The notes under the pieces: generated by a model
Database searches by the model: none
Told to the model about the DNA's origin: nothing
What the model saw: only the letters and a program-made list of their open reading frames with translations
From: Candidatus Anderseniibacteriota bacterium
GTDB lineage: Bacteria > Patescibacteriota > Andersenbacteria > UBA10190
Direction: 5' to 3'
Assembly (NCBI GenBank): GCA_035288905.1
Contig: DATDYZ010000001.1
Location: forward strand, 19,172-83,171
Length of the DNA stretch: 64,000 nucleotides
In this document: piece by piece, positions 40,759 to 49,437 of the stretch
Numbering within the stretch: the stretch's first letter is position 1
Layout: every line of letters starts with the position of its first letter
Position numbers and translations under genes: made by a program

Positions 40759-42371
40759 TGTTGAAATACCCTGCAAACGGATCCATTATATCGGCGGCGC
40801 TCATTCTAGGCGCCTCTTCTCTTGTGAGTAGAATAATTGGGCTCCTGCGAGATAGAACATTTACTACGTTATTTGGAGCGGGAGATACGTTTGATGCGTT
40901 TATTGCCGCCTTTAGAATTCCCGATTTGATTTTTAATCTTATTGTTATAGGCGCTCTTTCTGCAGCGTTTATCCCGATGTTTACGGAAAAGATGGTGGCA
41001 GGAAAAGACGGAAAAAAAGAAGCGTATCGATTTGCGCTTTCTGTTTTAAATGTCATGTGTTTTGGAGTGAGTGTGTTAAGCTTGATATATATTACGTTTG
41101 CACCAGCTATTGTTTCTTTAATTACCCCAGGGTTTTCAGGGGAAAAACTTTCGTTAACAATTGAACTTTCGCGTATTATGGCGCTTCAGCCATTACTTCT
41201 TTCTGTGAGTTTTGTTTTTTCTGGAATTTTGAATTCGTACAAGCGCTTTGTGGCGTATGCGTTTGCTCCTATTGTATATAATCTTGGTATTATTGCAGGG
41301 GCAATATATTTTGTGCCGTACATCGGCATACGGGGACTGGCATGGGGAGTTGTATTTGGCGCACTATTGCATGTGCTCATACAAGTACCGAGCGTACTTC
41401 GCGTGGGATTTCGCTGGGATATTATTTTGTTTTCGTCTTTTGCTGATTGGAAAAAGCTATGGAGTATGATGCTCCCGCGCGTATTTGGTCTTGCCGCTCA
41501 GCAGACTAATTTGCTTATTGTAACTATTTTGGGTTCGGGGTTTTTATCTGGCAGTATTTCTGCATTTCACCTTGCAAACAATGCACAATATATTCCCGTT
41601 GGAATTTTTGGGATTGCGTTTGCGCAAGCTGCGTTCCCTACACTTTCTGAGCAGATTGCTCGCAAACAGAAGAGAGCGTTTCGCCATACGCTCACCAAAT
41701 CATTTCGATATATTATGTTTCTTGTTGTGCCAATATCTGTTCTGTTTTATCTCCTTCGTGCGCAAATTATTCGTGTGCTTTTTGGAGACGGGGCATTTAG
41801 TTGGGACGATACAACAATTACATACGATACATTTGGTTTTTTAGTTGTGAGTATTTTTGCTCAGGCAACTATTCCATTACTTACCCGTGCATTTTATGCA
41901 AAACAAAATACAAAAACACCCGTTATTGTTTCTCTTATTAGTATTGTGTTAAACATAGCTCTTGCACTCGCACTCTCGGAGCGCTTCGGGGTGCAAGGAC
42001 TCGCAATTGCGTTTTCTGTTTCCGCAATTGTTCAACTCGCGCTCTTGCTCGGAGTGCTCCACTGGCAGCTGGATGGATTTGATGACAAGGTTGTTTTAAA
42101 AAGTACATGCAAAGTAGTTATAGCAACTCTCGCAGCTGCAATTGTGGCACAGGCGTTGAAAACACCAATCGCATATATGGTCGATATGCAGCGGTTTTGG
42201 GGTATTGCCACACAATTAATTGGAGTGTTTACTGGTGGAATGATAATGTATATCTTTGTTTGTATGATACTTAAGAGTGAGGAGCTAGAAATCATCAAGA
42301 AATATATTCCTCGCAAATTGAAATTCACCGCAGGCTCAGACACCCCGCGCTTTTCAGGGTTTATGGAATGA
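40758..42371 (+). CDS. murJ: Lipid II flippase MurJ
   Basis: SRIIGLLRD, DAFIAAFRIPD, multi-TM, RAFYA..NTKTP. Confidence 0.94.
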   Translation: MLKYPANGSIISAALILGASSLVSRIIGLLRDRTFTTLFGAGDTFDAFIAAFRIPDLIFNLIVIGALSAAFIPMFTEKMVAGKDGKKEAYRFALSVLNVMCFGVSVLSLIYITFAPAIVSLITPGFSGEKLSLTIELSRIMALQPLLLSVSFVFSGILNSYKRFVAYAFAPIVYNLGIIAGAIYFVPYIGIRGLAWGVVFGALLHVLIQVPSVLRVGFRWDIILFSSFADWKKLWSMMLPRVFGLAAQQTNLLIVTILGSGFLSGSISAFHLANNAQYIPVGIFGIAFAQAAFPTLSEQIARKQKRAFRHTLTKSFRYIMFLVVPISVLFYLLRAQIIRVLFGDGAFSWDDTTITYDTFGFLVVSIFAQATIPLLTRAFYAKQNTKTPVIVSLISIVLNIALALALSERFGVQGLAIAFSVSAIVQLALLLGVLHWQLDGFDDKVVLKSTCKVVIATLAAAIVAQALKTPIAYMVDMQRFWGIATQLIGVFTGGMIMYIFVCMILKSEELEIIKKYIPRKLKFTAGSDTPRFSGFME

Positions 42372-43804
42372 AGTACGCGTTCAAGAAAAGTGGTTCGATA
42401 TTCTTACTTGGAGTTTGCCTCTTTCTTTTTACTATTCTACTTTGGCCGCTTCGGTATTCTACATCAGACACCGAGCAGCTGTCTGACCCGGTTGGCTCAA
42501 TTTCTGTTACTCCGGACAAGCCAGTCGTGAATGTACAAATTTACCCTTCTCGTTCATTGGTTGGGGTTTCTTTCTGGACCGCAGAAAAGCAAAAAGTTCA
42601 AGGTGATACTCTCTTGGAACTGGTAATAACTAATTCAAACACAGGAGAGGTAGCTATATCTCGCGAGATGCAGTTTTCTCACGTGTTCCAAAAGAAAAAA
42701 AACATGATCATGTTTACATTTCCATCGATACGTAGTTCTCCATATCTCGTCTCGCTACGAATACCAGATGCGTCCGCAGGGCAATCTCTTACGCTTCGGG
42801 GGCCACTCAAGATTATTGATGATAAAACGAGCGCGCAGACTGTTGTTCAAGTGCTTGAAAAGCGTTCGCTCTATTCTATATTTTATACACATTTATTCAG
42901 CGCTACCGCCGAGGGGGAAGATATTTACTATTATTGGTTGAGAGGAGGGGAAATTGTAAAAGGGGAAAACCCATATGTATGCTCTTTGGACGATACGTGT
43001 ATAAATCATAAGAACCCAGGGCACTTCCCAGTATTTTACTGGTTGTCAGCCTTATCGCAACAGGCAGGATTCCATGACTTTCATGATTGGATTGTGTTTT
43101 GGCGAACGATATTTTTATTGTGCTATTTAGCAACTGGTGCTGTGCTATTTTGGACGCTTTATAAGCGCAAACAATATGAGCTGGCTGTTTTTGCGTTATT
43201 CTTTTGGTTATTTAATAGATGGTCACTATATGTAATTCGTGTTGCGCATGTAGATTTTGTGGCTATATTTTTCTTGACTGCTTCGTTGGTGCTATTTGAG
43301 AAGAAGCGCTTTTTATCTTTATTGGCATTTGGAGTTTCTTTGGGAATTAAACAGGTTGCCATCTTTTTAGTACCTTTGTATATTATTTTTATTTGGGTGC
43401 AAGCGGAAAAAGGCAAACGAGTTACAGCAACTCTCAAGGGTATTCTAGTCATGGCAATTGTTCCGCTTATTTCCTTAATCCCGTTTGTAATTGATAGCCC
43501 CAAAAGTGTGGCAACGGGACTTTTGTTTTCTGCTACTCGAAATTCGCAGGCCAATATTGGGGCAGCACCTCTGGTGTCGCTTCTGAAGATTGATGGTGCT
43601 ATAGGGGTCGCTCCGATGGTATTCCTAATGCTACTTGTATTCATGGCTGCATACAGAAAAAAGCTTTCTCTCGCTATGAGTGGGCTTGCTATTATGCTGA
43701 CATTTATTGCGTTTAATACGGTTTTGTTTAACCAATATTTCCTATGGTTTGTACCGTTTCTGCCACTCGCCGCGTCGGAAATAAAAAAAGTACGGTTGCA
43801 GTAA
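42368..43804 (+). CDS. Polytopic GT-C-like (GT87-like) membrane glycosyltransferase
   Basis: D...Y, HFP, HVD, IKQ, NQYFLW; many TM helices. Confidence 0.65.
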   Translation: MKYAFKKSGSIFLLGVCLFLFTILLWPLRYSTSDTEQLSDPVGSISVTPDKPVVNVQIYPSRSLVGVSFWTAEKQKVQGDTLLELVITNSNTGEVAISREMQFSHVFQKKKNMIMFTFPSIRSSPYLVSLRIPDASAGQSLTLRGPLKIIDDKTSAQTVVQVLEKRSLYSIFYTHLFSATAEGEDIYYYWLRGGEIVKGENPYVCSLDDTCINHKNPGHFPVFYWLSALSQQAGFHDFHDWIVFWRTIFLLCYLATGAVLFWTLYKRKQYELAVFALFFWLFNRWSLYVIRVAHVDFVAIFFLTASLVLFEKKRFLSLLAFGVSLGIKQVAIFLVPLYIIFIWVQAEKGKRVTATLKGILVMAIVPLISLIPFVIDSPKSVATGLLFSATRNSQANIGAAPLVSLLKIDGAIGVAPMVFLMLLVFMAAYRKKLSLAMSGLAIMLTFIAFNTVLFNQYFLWFVPFLPLAASEIKKVRLQ

Positions 43805-43820
43805 GCTAAAAACAGGAATC

Positions 43821-43843
43821 ATTCCGACACCTGGTGTCGGAAT
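43821..43843. repeat. REP-like palindrome, RAYT2 type, copy 1
   Basis: ATTCCGACACC-T-GGTGTCGGAAT. Confidence 0.9.
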
Positions 43844-43863
43844 CTTGTGATAGAATATTTACT

Positions 43864-44523
43864 ATGGGGTATCGAATAAATGGGTTTGAGCGGGGCGGTG
43901 TATACCACATATTTACGCGCGGTGTGGAGAAGAGGGAAATTTTTATGGATCATTCCGATCGTGTACGGTTTATCTCGCAAATGATTCATTGCTTGCCCGA
44001 TGAGCCTATTCTGAATTTTTCGCATGCACAAAAACTAAAACGAAAGTTGATAATAACCAGCGAAGGGGAGGGGTTAGCGGATATTCTTTGTTATTGCTTA
44101 ATGAATAATCATGTTCATTTTTTGCTCCGAGAAAATGTTGATGGTGGTATTTCGCGCTATATGCAACGGCTGCTCAATAGCTTCGCTCGGTATTTTAATG
44201 TTAAATACGAGCGCACTGGGGCGTTATTTGCGGGTCCGTTTCGGTCTGTTCCTGTGGTAAGTGATGATCAGCTTTTGCACGTAAGTAGGTATATTCATCT
44301 TAATCCTCATGCTGCGCATATAGTAAAGGATGTCTTCGCATATCCCTGGTCCTCGTTACGTGCATACTTAAACGACGAAGATTCGAAACTTTATTGCCAC
44401 GCTGACTTTCTTGCGTCATTAATGGATAAAAAAGAATATAAAAAATTCGTTTTCGATCAAGTGAGTTACGAACAATCCTTAGCTGCTTTTCCTGAACTTC
44501 TTTTAGATGATGACTATACTTAA
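43864..44523 (+). CDS. REP-associated tyrosine transposase RAYT2
   Basis: YHIFTRG, YCLMNNHVHFLL, RTGALF, RYIHLNP; paralog of the 37036 gene. Confidence 0.92.
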   Translation: MGYRINGFERGGVYHIFTRGVEKREIFMDHSDRVRFISQMIHCLPDEPILNFSHAQKLKRKLIITSEGEGLADILCYCLMNNHVHFLLRENVDGGISRYMQRLLNSFARYFNVKYERTGALFAGPFRSVPVVSDDQLLHVSRYIHLNPHAAHIVKDVFAYPWSSLRAYLNDEDSKLYCHADFLASLMDKKEYKKFVFDQVSYEQSLAAFPELLLDDDYT

Positions 44524-44571
44524 TTCCGACACCTGGTGTCGGAATAAGTTCCCTGGTGTCGGAATAAGTTC
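44523..44571. repeat. RAYT2-type palindrome, copy 2, plus a 20-bp tandem duplication
   Basis: ATTCCGACACCTGGTGTCGGAAT; CCTGGTGTCGGAATAAGTTC at both 44532-44551 and 44552-44571. Confidence 0.9.
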
Positions 44572-44865
44572 TTTTCTGGCCCGTTTCGTGCTGTAGCTGT
44601 TGTACGTGATGAGCAATTTCTTCACGTAAGTAGGTATATTCACTTGAATCCATATGCGGCCCATATGACAAAGGATCCGCTTACATATAAATGGTCTTCT
44701 CTTGGCGAGTACTTTTTAGATGAAAGCAATAAAACAGCTTCTTGCCACACGAACTTTCTATTATCGTTAATAAGCTCTAAAGAATACAGAAGTTTTGTTG
44801 CAGACTACGCAGAGTATGCTCAGTCTCTCGCAAGCTACCCAGAATTGCTTATAGACGATGAATAA
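44572..44865 (+). pseudogene. 5'-truncated RAYT remnant
   Basis: FSGPFRAV...FLHVSRYIHLNPY...WSSL...PELLIDDE aligns to the RAYT2 C-terminal half; no HUH motif. Confidence 0.88.
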
Positions 44866-44870
44866 TTTGT

Positions 44871-44893
44871 ATTCCAACACCTGGTGTTGGAAT
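44871..44893. repeat. RAYT2-type palindrome, copy 3
   Basis: ATTCCAACACC-T-GGTGTTGGAAT (compensatory change). Confidence 0.88.
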
Positions 44894-44935
44894 GAGGATT
44901 TGTTTCGTTTGAATAAAATCTGATACTATTTACTT

Positions 44936-45685
44936 GTGAATGAATTATTAGGAAAGTTGGAAATTGATGATGCCTTCGGTCAAGAAGTTTGGGATCATTT
45001 TAAGGGTGAGCGACACTTTGAGATTGTTGAGCGAGATGATGGATTTATTGATGCTGGTAGTTTTGGTGGGCTAGTTTATTTTGCGAAATTCGATGATTGG
45101 GAAAATATAGATAAAGAAGCAATAAAATATGCGAAGGGCAAAACCTTAGATATAGGATGTGGTGCTGGTCGTCATGCTCTATATCTTCAAAATAAAAAAT
45201 TTGACGTAACAGGTATTGATAACTCGCCATTGGCAATTAAAGTTTGTAAAGAGCGTGGACTAGAAAAAGCATTTGTATTGCCCATAGTCGAAGTTGAGAC
45301 ACTTCTGCCAGAAAAATTTGATAGTATATTACTGCTCGGTCATAACTTCGGTTTATTTGGAAGTTTTCAAGAGGCTCGATCATTGCTCGCTAAAATAGGG
45401 AATGTAACAAATCCTGGTGCAATTATTATTTCTACTACTCGGGATCCATATCAAAGCACTGAGGCAGTTCATGAAGAATATCAACAAAAGAATCTAGCAG
45501 AAGGGCGCATGGGCGGACAACTTAGACTTCGTATTCGCCACAAAAAATTAATAGGTTCTTGGTTTAATTATCTTTTTGTGTCCAAAGAAGAGCTTAAACA
45601 TATTGTGGAAGGTTCTGGTTGGAAAGTTAAAGAATTTATTGGTAATGAAGAGCCAGAATACGGTGTTATTTTGGAAAAGGAGTGA
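44936..45685 (+). CDS. Class I SAM-dependent methyltransferase
   Basis: LDIGCGAGRH, GIDNSP, FDSI. Confidence 0.92.
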   Translation: MNELLGKLEIDDAFGQEVWDHFKGERHFEIVERDDGFIDAGSFGGLVYFAKFDDWENIDKEAIKYAKGKTLDIGCGAGRHALYLQNKKFDVTGIDNSPLAIKVCKERGLEKAFVLPIVEVETLLPEKFDSILLLGHNFGLFGSFQEARSLLAKIGNVTNPGAIIISTTRDPYQSTEAVHEEYQQKNLAEGRMGGQLRLRIRHKKLIGSWFNYLFVSKEELKHIVEGSGWKVKEFIGNEEPEYGVILEKE

Positions 45686-45727
45686 TTTATTGAATGAAAA
45701 CTGTAGGGTGTACAGGTTTTTGTGCCG

Positions 45728-45750
45728 ATTCTAACACCAGGTGTTAGAAT
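45728..45750. repeat. RAYT2-type palindrome, copy 4
   Basis: ATTCTAACACC-A-GGTGTTAGAAT (two compensatory changes; inverted loop base). Confidence 0.85.
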
Positions 45751-45821
45751 GGATAGTGGTTTGTACCGTTTCTCCCGCTTGCGCTATCGGAATTTTCCAA
45801 AAAACGTGGTATGCTCAATGT

Positions 45822-46079
45822 ATGAAAAAGAAACATCAAAATGGTGACACTCCAGCTACACAGCACGATCTTGAGATACTTGGTGGACATTTGTCTTCAA
45901 GAATTGATGACGTAGAGGCAAGTATTTCTAGTCTTAGGTATGTAGTAGAATCTATTTTAAGCGTTGTACAATCAATTGAAGGAAGGTTTCAAGAAACTAA
46001 GGGAGATCATGAACGAGTTGAAAGGCACGAAGAACGCATCACGGCGGTTGAGGTTCAAGTGAGAATGCTCCAGAAATAA
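45822..46079 (+). CDS. Small coiled-coil hypothetical protein
   Basis: ATQHDL...HEERITAVE heptad pattern; TATGCT 6 nt before ATG. Confidence 0.7.
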   Translation: MKKKHQNGDTPATQHDLEILGGHLSSRIDDVEASISSLRYVVESILSVVQSIEGRFQETKGDHERVERHEERITAVEVQVRMLQK

Positions 46080-46123
46080 AAGATTGAAATAATTAGAAAA
46101 CCGTGGTATTTTCATGGAATTGT

Positions 46124-47938
46124 ATGGAAATACGCAATTTTTGTATTATCGCGCATATTGATCATGGAAAGAGCACACTGGCAGACCGGATGCTCGAGTT
46201 AACGCATACCGTCGAAATGAGAGATATGCAGGCGCAGCTACTAGACTCTATGGAGCTGGAGCGAGAAAAAGGAATAACCATTAAGCTTCAACCAGTACGC
46301 ATGGAGCATAAAGGCTTTGTATTAAATTTAATAGATACTCCCGGGCATGTAGATTTCCAGTACGAAGTATCAAGAAGTCTGAAAGCAGTTGAAGGGGCTA
46401 TTTTACTTGTAGATGCTACGCAAGGTGTGCAAGCACAGACGGTTTCTAATTTATATTTTGCACTCGAAAAAAATCTGGAAATAATTCCTGTTATTAATAA
46501 AATAGACTTACCAGCTGCAGACGTTGAGGGCGTATCTCAAGAAATTATTAATCTTTTGGGTGCAAAAAAAGAAGATATACTTCATATATCTGCGAAGACG
46601 GGACAGGGGGTTCCGGAATTATTGGATGCAGTGATTGCGCGGGTGCCGGCGGCCACGCGCCCCTCACCCCCTGCCACGGCAGGGCCCTCTCCCAGAACGG
46701 GAGAGGGGAGCGAAAACCTGCGGGCGCTTATATTTGATTCGGTGTACGACGACTACAAGGGTGTGGTTGCATATGTGCGGGTTATGGAAGGAAGCGTTTC
46801 GCAAGGCGATGCGATTACGTTTTTAGGGACAGATGTTGATGATAGGGTAGTTGAAGTGGGCGTATTTAAACCACAATTTACTTCGCGTGAAAAAATTGGA
46901 GCGGGAGAAATTGGATATATTGCAACTGGCTTAAAAAATATTCGACAGGCTCGCGTGGGCGATACAATTACAAAAACAGTAGAAAAACATGAAGTGGAGC
47001 AACTCCCCGGCTTTGCAATTCCTCAACCGAAAGTCTTTGCTGGATTATACCCTGTAGATGGAAGCGACTTCCCTGTATTGCGCGAAGCAATGAGCCGACT
47101 GCAACTCAATGATTCTAGTTTAACTGCTCATATGGAGCGAAGCCATGCACTCGGGCAAGGTTTTCGATGTGGGTTTTTAGGAATGCTCCATTTAGAAATT
47201 GTGCAAGAGAGGCTGCGAAGAGAATTCGACGTAGAGTTGGTAGTCACGACTCCGAGCGTGCTCTACCACGTGGTGTTAACCTCCGGCGAGAAAAAAGATA
47301 TTCATACACCAGATGCGTTTCCGGATCCGAGTTTTGTCACATCTATGGAAGAGCAATGGTGTAAGGCAGATATATTACTTCCTCAGAAGTATCTCGGAGC
47401 CGTATTTGAAGTTATGGCACAACATGAAGGGAATTTAATTTCGCAAGAAGTATTGGGAACAGACCGCATGCTATTGCATTATGAATTGCCACTTCGAGAA
47501 CTTGTTGTCGATTTGTATGATCAACTAAAATCTATAACAAGTGGATATGGTTCGTTAAGTTATGATGTGATTGGTTGGAGGTCGGCAGACGTGGTGAAGC
47601 TGACAATCTTAATGAATCATGAAGTTGCTGAAGCGTTGTCATTAATTATTCCACGTACCAAAGCAGAAGCAATCGGGCGCCGAGTAGTCGATAAGCTAAA
47701 GGATCTTGTGCCGCGACAACAATTCGCAGTGCCTATTCAAGCAGCAATCGGTGGCAAAGTTGTAGCTCGCGAGACGGTACCCGCGCTTCGAAAAGACGTG
47801 ACGGCAAAGCTGTATGGAGGAGACGTAACTCGAAAACGAAAACTCTTAGATAAGCAGAAAAAAGGAAAAAAACGCCTTTCCACGAAAGGGTCTATCAATT
47901 TACCCCCAGAAGCATATATTCAGTTGCTCAAAAGGTGA
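46124..47938 (+). CDS. lepA: Elongation factor 4
   Basis: IAHIDHGKSTLADR, DTPGH, NKID, GFLGMLHLEI, YGGDVTRKRKLL. Confidence 0.98.
   Translation: MEIRNFCIIAHIDHGKSTLADRMLELTHTVEMRDMQAQLLDSMELEREKGITIKLQPVRMEHKGFVLNLIDTPGHVDFQYEVSRSLKAVEGAILLVDATQGVQAQTVSNLYFALEKNLEIIPVINKIDLPAADVEGVSQEIINLLGAKKEDILHISAKTGQGVPELLDAVIARVPAATRPSPPATAGPSPRTGEGSENLRALIFDSVYDDYKGVVAYVRVMEGSVSQGDAITFLGTDVDDRVVEVGVFKPQFTSREKIGAGEIGYIATGLKNIRQARVGDTITKTVEKHEVEQLPGFAIPQPKVFAGLYPVDGSDFPVLREAMSRLQLNDSSLTAHMERSHALGQGFRCGFLGMLHLEIVQERLRREFDVELVVTTPSVLYHVVLTSGEKKDIHTPDAFPDPSFVTSMEEQWCKADILLPQKYLGAVFEVMAQHEGNLISQEVLGTDRMLLHYELPLRELVVDLYDQLKSITSGYGSLSYDVIGWRSADVVKLTILMNHEVAEALSLIIPRTKAEAIGRRVVDKLKDLVPRQQFAVPIQAAIGGKVVARETVPALRKDVTAKLYGGDVTRKRKLLDKQKKGKKRLSTKGSINLPPEAYIQLLKR
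46659..46710. repeat. Family B arm in frame in lepA
   Basis: CCCTCACCCCCTGCCACGGCAGGGCCCTCTCCCAGAACGGGAGAGGGG encodes PSPPATAGPSPRTGEG. Confidence 0.88.
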
Positions 47939-47946
47939 CACCACGC

Positions 47947-47976
47947 TGTCATCCCGGGCTTGACCCGGGATCCAGG
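47947..47976. repeat. Family A half-element after lepA
   Basis: TGTCATCCCGGGCTTGACCCGGGATCCAGG. Confidence 0.88.
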
Positions 47977-47994
47977 TTGTATTAATATACTGAG

Positions 47995-48140
47995 CAACTT
48001 TCTTGAGATGCCATGAACAATCTCAAGAGGCCAGGTGCATAACCGTAGAGGAAGAATAAGGCAGCCTACACCCTGTCACTGACCTCCTTTTATGTGTCGC
48101 CCGGCTTAGCTCAACGATTGAGTGATGCCGGGTTTTTTCT
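47995..48140 (+). ncRNA. Candidate structured small RNA
   Basis: TTGACC-N17-TAATAT upstream; three successive hairpins, the last with a T-tract; no ORF of convincing length. Confidence 0.45.
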
Positions 48141-48146
48141 TTTTTT
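48100..48146 (+). terminator. Intrinsic terminator
   Basis: CCCGGC...GCCGGG stem followed by a long T-tract. Confidence 0.85.
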
Positions 48147-48168
48147 ATTCTCCTATATACTTTCATAT

Positions 48169-48258
48169 ATGCAACAAGACCAAGAAATTCTACCTCCAGA
48201 ACAGGCCAGAGAGTGGCTGAATGAATTTCTGGTAGAGCAGCAAGAAGAAAGTAAGTAG
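48169..48258 (+). CDS. Putative 29-aa acidic small protein
   Basis: MQQDQEILPPEQAREWLNEFLVEQQEESK; TATACT 7 nt before ATG; ends 8 nt before rfbC. Confidence 0.55.
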   Translation: MQQDQEILPPEQAREWLNEFLVEQQEESK

Positions 48259-48266
48259 TTTTTCCT

Positions 48267-48809
48267 ATGCCATTTGATTTTCAAAAAACAAAACTAGTAG
48301 GGGTAGTTCATATAACCCCCAAAATATTCCCAGATGAACGAGGTGAGTTTACGGAGCTCTATAAAGATTCTGCGTTTACTGAGGCGGGAATTGATGCCCA
48401 CTTCGTGCAAGTAAATCATTCTAAAAGTAAAAAGCATGTAATACGAGCGTTACACTACCAACTCCCGCCAAAAGCTCAAGGAAAATTAGTACAAGTAAGC
48501 CATGGAAGTGTATTTGATGTCGCAGTTGATATTCGAAAAGACTCAGTAACATATGGCAAATGGGTAGGAGTAACACTTACTGCGAGAGAAAAAAATATGC
48601 TGTATATTCCGCCCGGCTTTGCGCATGGATTTTGCACGCTAGAAGATGACACCGAGCTTGTGTATTTCTGCACGGACGAATATTCGAAAGAGCACGAGAG
48701 GGGAATTGTATGGAACGACCCTGCAATTGGAATTGAGTGGCCCGTACAAGATCCCATAATTTCCGACCGAGATGCCAATTTCCCGGTATTGGCGGACGCG
48801 GAACACTAG
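48267..48809 (+). CDS. rfbC: dTDP-4-dehydrorhamnose 3,5-epimerase
   Basis: DERG.F, Q.NHS.S, LHYQ, DVAVDIR, GFAHGF. Confidence 0.96.
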   Translation: MPFDFQKTKLVGVVHITPKIFPDERGEFTELYKDSAFTEAGIDAHFVQVNHSKSKKHVIRALHYQLPPKAQGKLVQVSHGSVFDVAVDIRKDSVTYGKWVGVTLTAREKNMLYIPPGFAHGFCTLEDDTELVYFCTDEYSKEHERGIVWNDPAIGIEWPVQDPIISDRDANFPVLADAEH

Positions 48810-48817
48810 GATTCTAC

Positions 48818-48870
48818 TTGACAAAGTAACACTATGACAGTAATATGTCCGTAGTGTTCTTTACAATTTA
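48818..48870 (+). promoter_or_regulatory. Cassette promoter plus boxA-like motif
   Basis: TTGACA-N17-TAATAT, then TGTTCTTTACAATTTA. Confidence 0.75.
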
Positions 48871-48965
48871 GTGTTGTGAAGACCCATGGCACCGGGAAGG
48901 GCCAATTTCGAATGAAGGTCCCCGCAATTTTCATCCATTGAATTTACGATGAAAGGTATTGAACG

Positions 48966-49253
48966 ATGAACAAGAAACAAACTGAAAAAGGAGAGTTTGT
49001 TCAGGATCAGTCAGGTCTTTGGCACTACACTCCCACGGATCATGTATCGGCATACATCACACGTTGGATTGTAGACGCCCTCGCTAATATGCCCGATGGA
49101 CCAGCATGGTTTTGGTTTAATAATCTGCCAGCTCCAATTGTTCCAAACGATACCCCAGAAACACTGGAGAGGCGTTGGTATAAGGTCAATAATCCGTATA
49201 AAGATCAAGTACCATTTTTGAAAAGCCTCTTGGAGTTTATAAGTGAGGCATGA
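48966..49253 (+). CDS. Hypothetical protein (cassette type)
   Basis: 95-aa ORF with GAAAGG RBS, own promoter and terminator. Confidence 0.7.
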   Translation: MNKKQTEKGEFVQDQSGLWHYTPTDHVSAYITRWIVDALANMPDGPAWFWFNNLPAPIVPNDTPETLERRWYKVNNPYKDQVPFLKSLLEFISEA

Positions 49254-49283
49254 CAATATGTATGCTACGGTCAGAAACACGCA

Positions 49284-49320
49284 GCCCCTCGACGCAATCG
49301 CGACGAGGGGTTTTTATTTT
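49284..49320 (+). terminator. Intrinsic terminator
   Basis: CCCCTCG...CGAGGGG stem followed by T-tract. Confidence 0.8.
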
Positions 49321-49335
49321 TCTGACCCGACGCTC

Positions 49336-49365
49336 TTGACAGATAGTATTCTTACACTGTATATT
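49336..49365 (+). promoter_or_regulatory. Cassette promoter
   Basis: TTGACA-N18-TATATT. Confidence 0.7.
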
Positions 49366-49437
49366 GCGCATCAGGAAAAGGACAGCATCGTAGCTATTCT
49401 TTTTTGTTTCGTTGACAACTTGTGCGAGGTCTCAAAG

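Noticed and set aside
43821-45750. CRISPR-like array of 23-bp palindromes
   Set aside because: The repeats are separated by whole genes rather than 30-40-bp spacers, there are no cas genes, and the RAYT explains them.
48025-48090. SRP (4.5S) RNA or 6S RNA identity for the post-lepA structure
   Set aside because: It lacks the SRP helix-8 CAGG-stem-GNRA-stem-AGCAG geometry and the single long rod with central bubble of 6S; left as an unassigned candidate.
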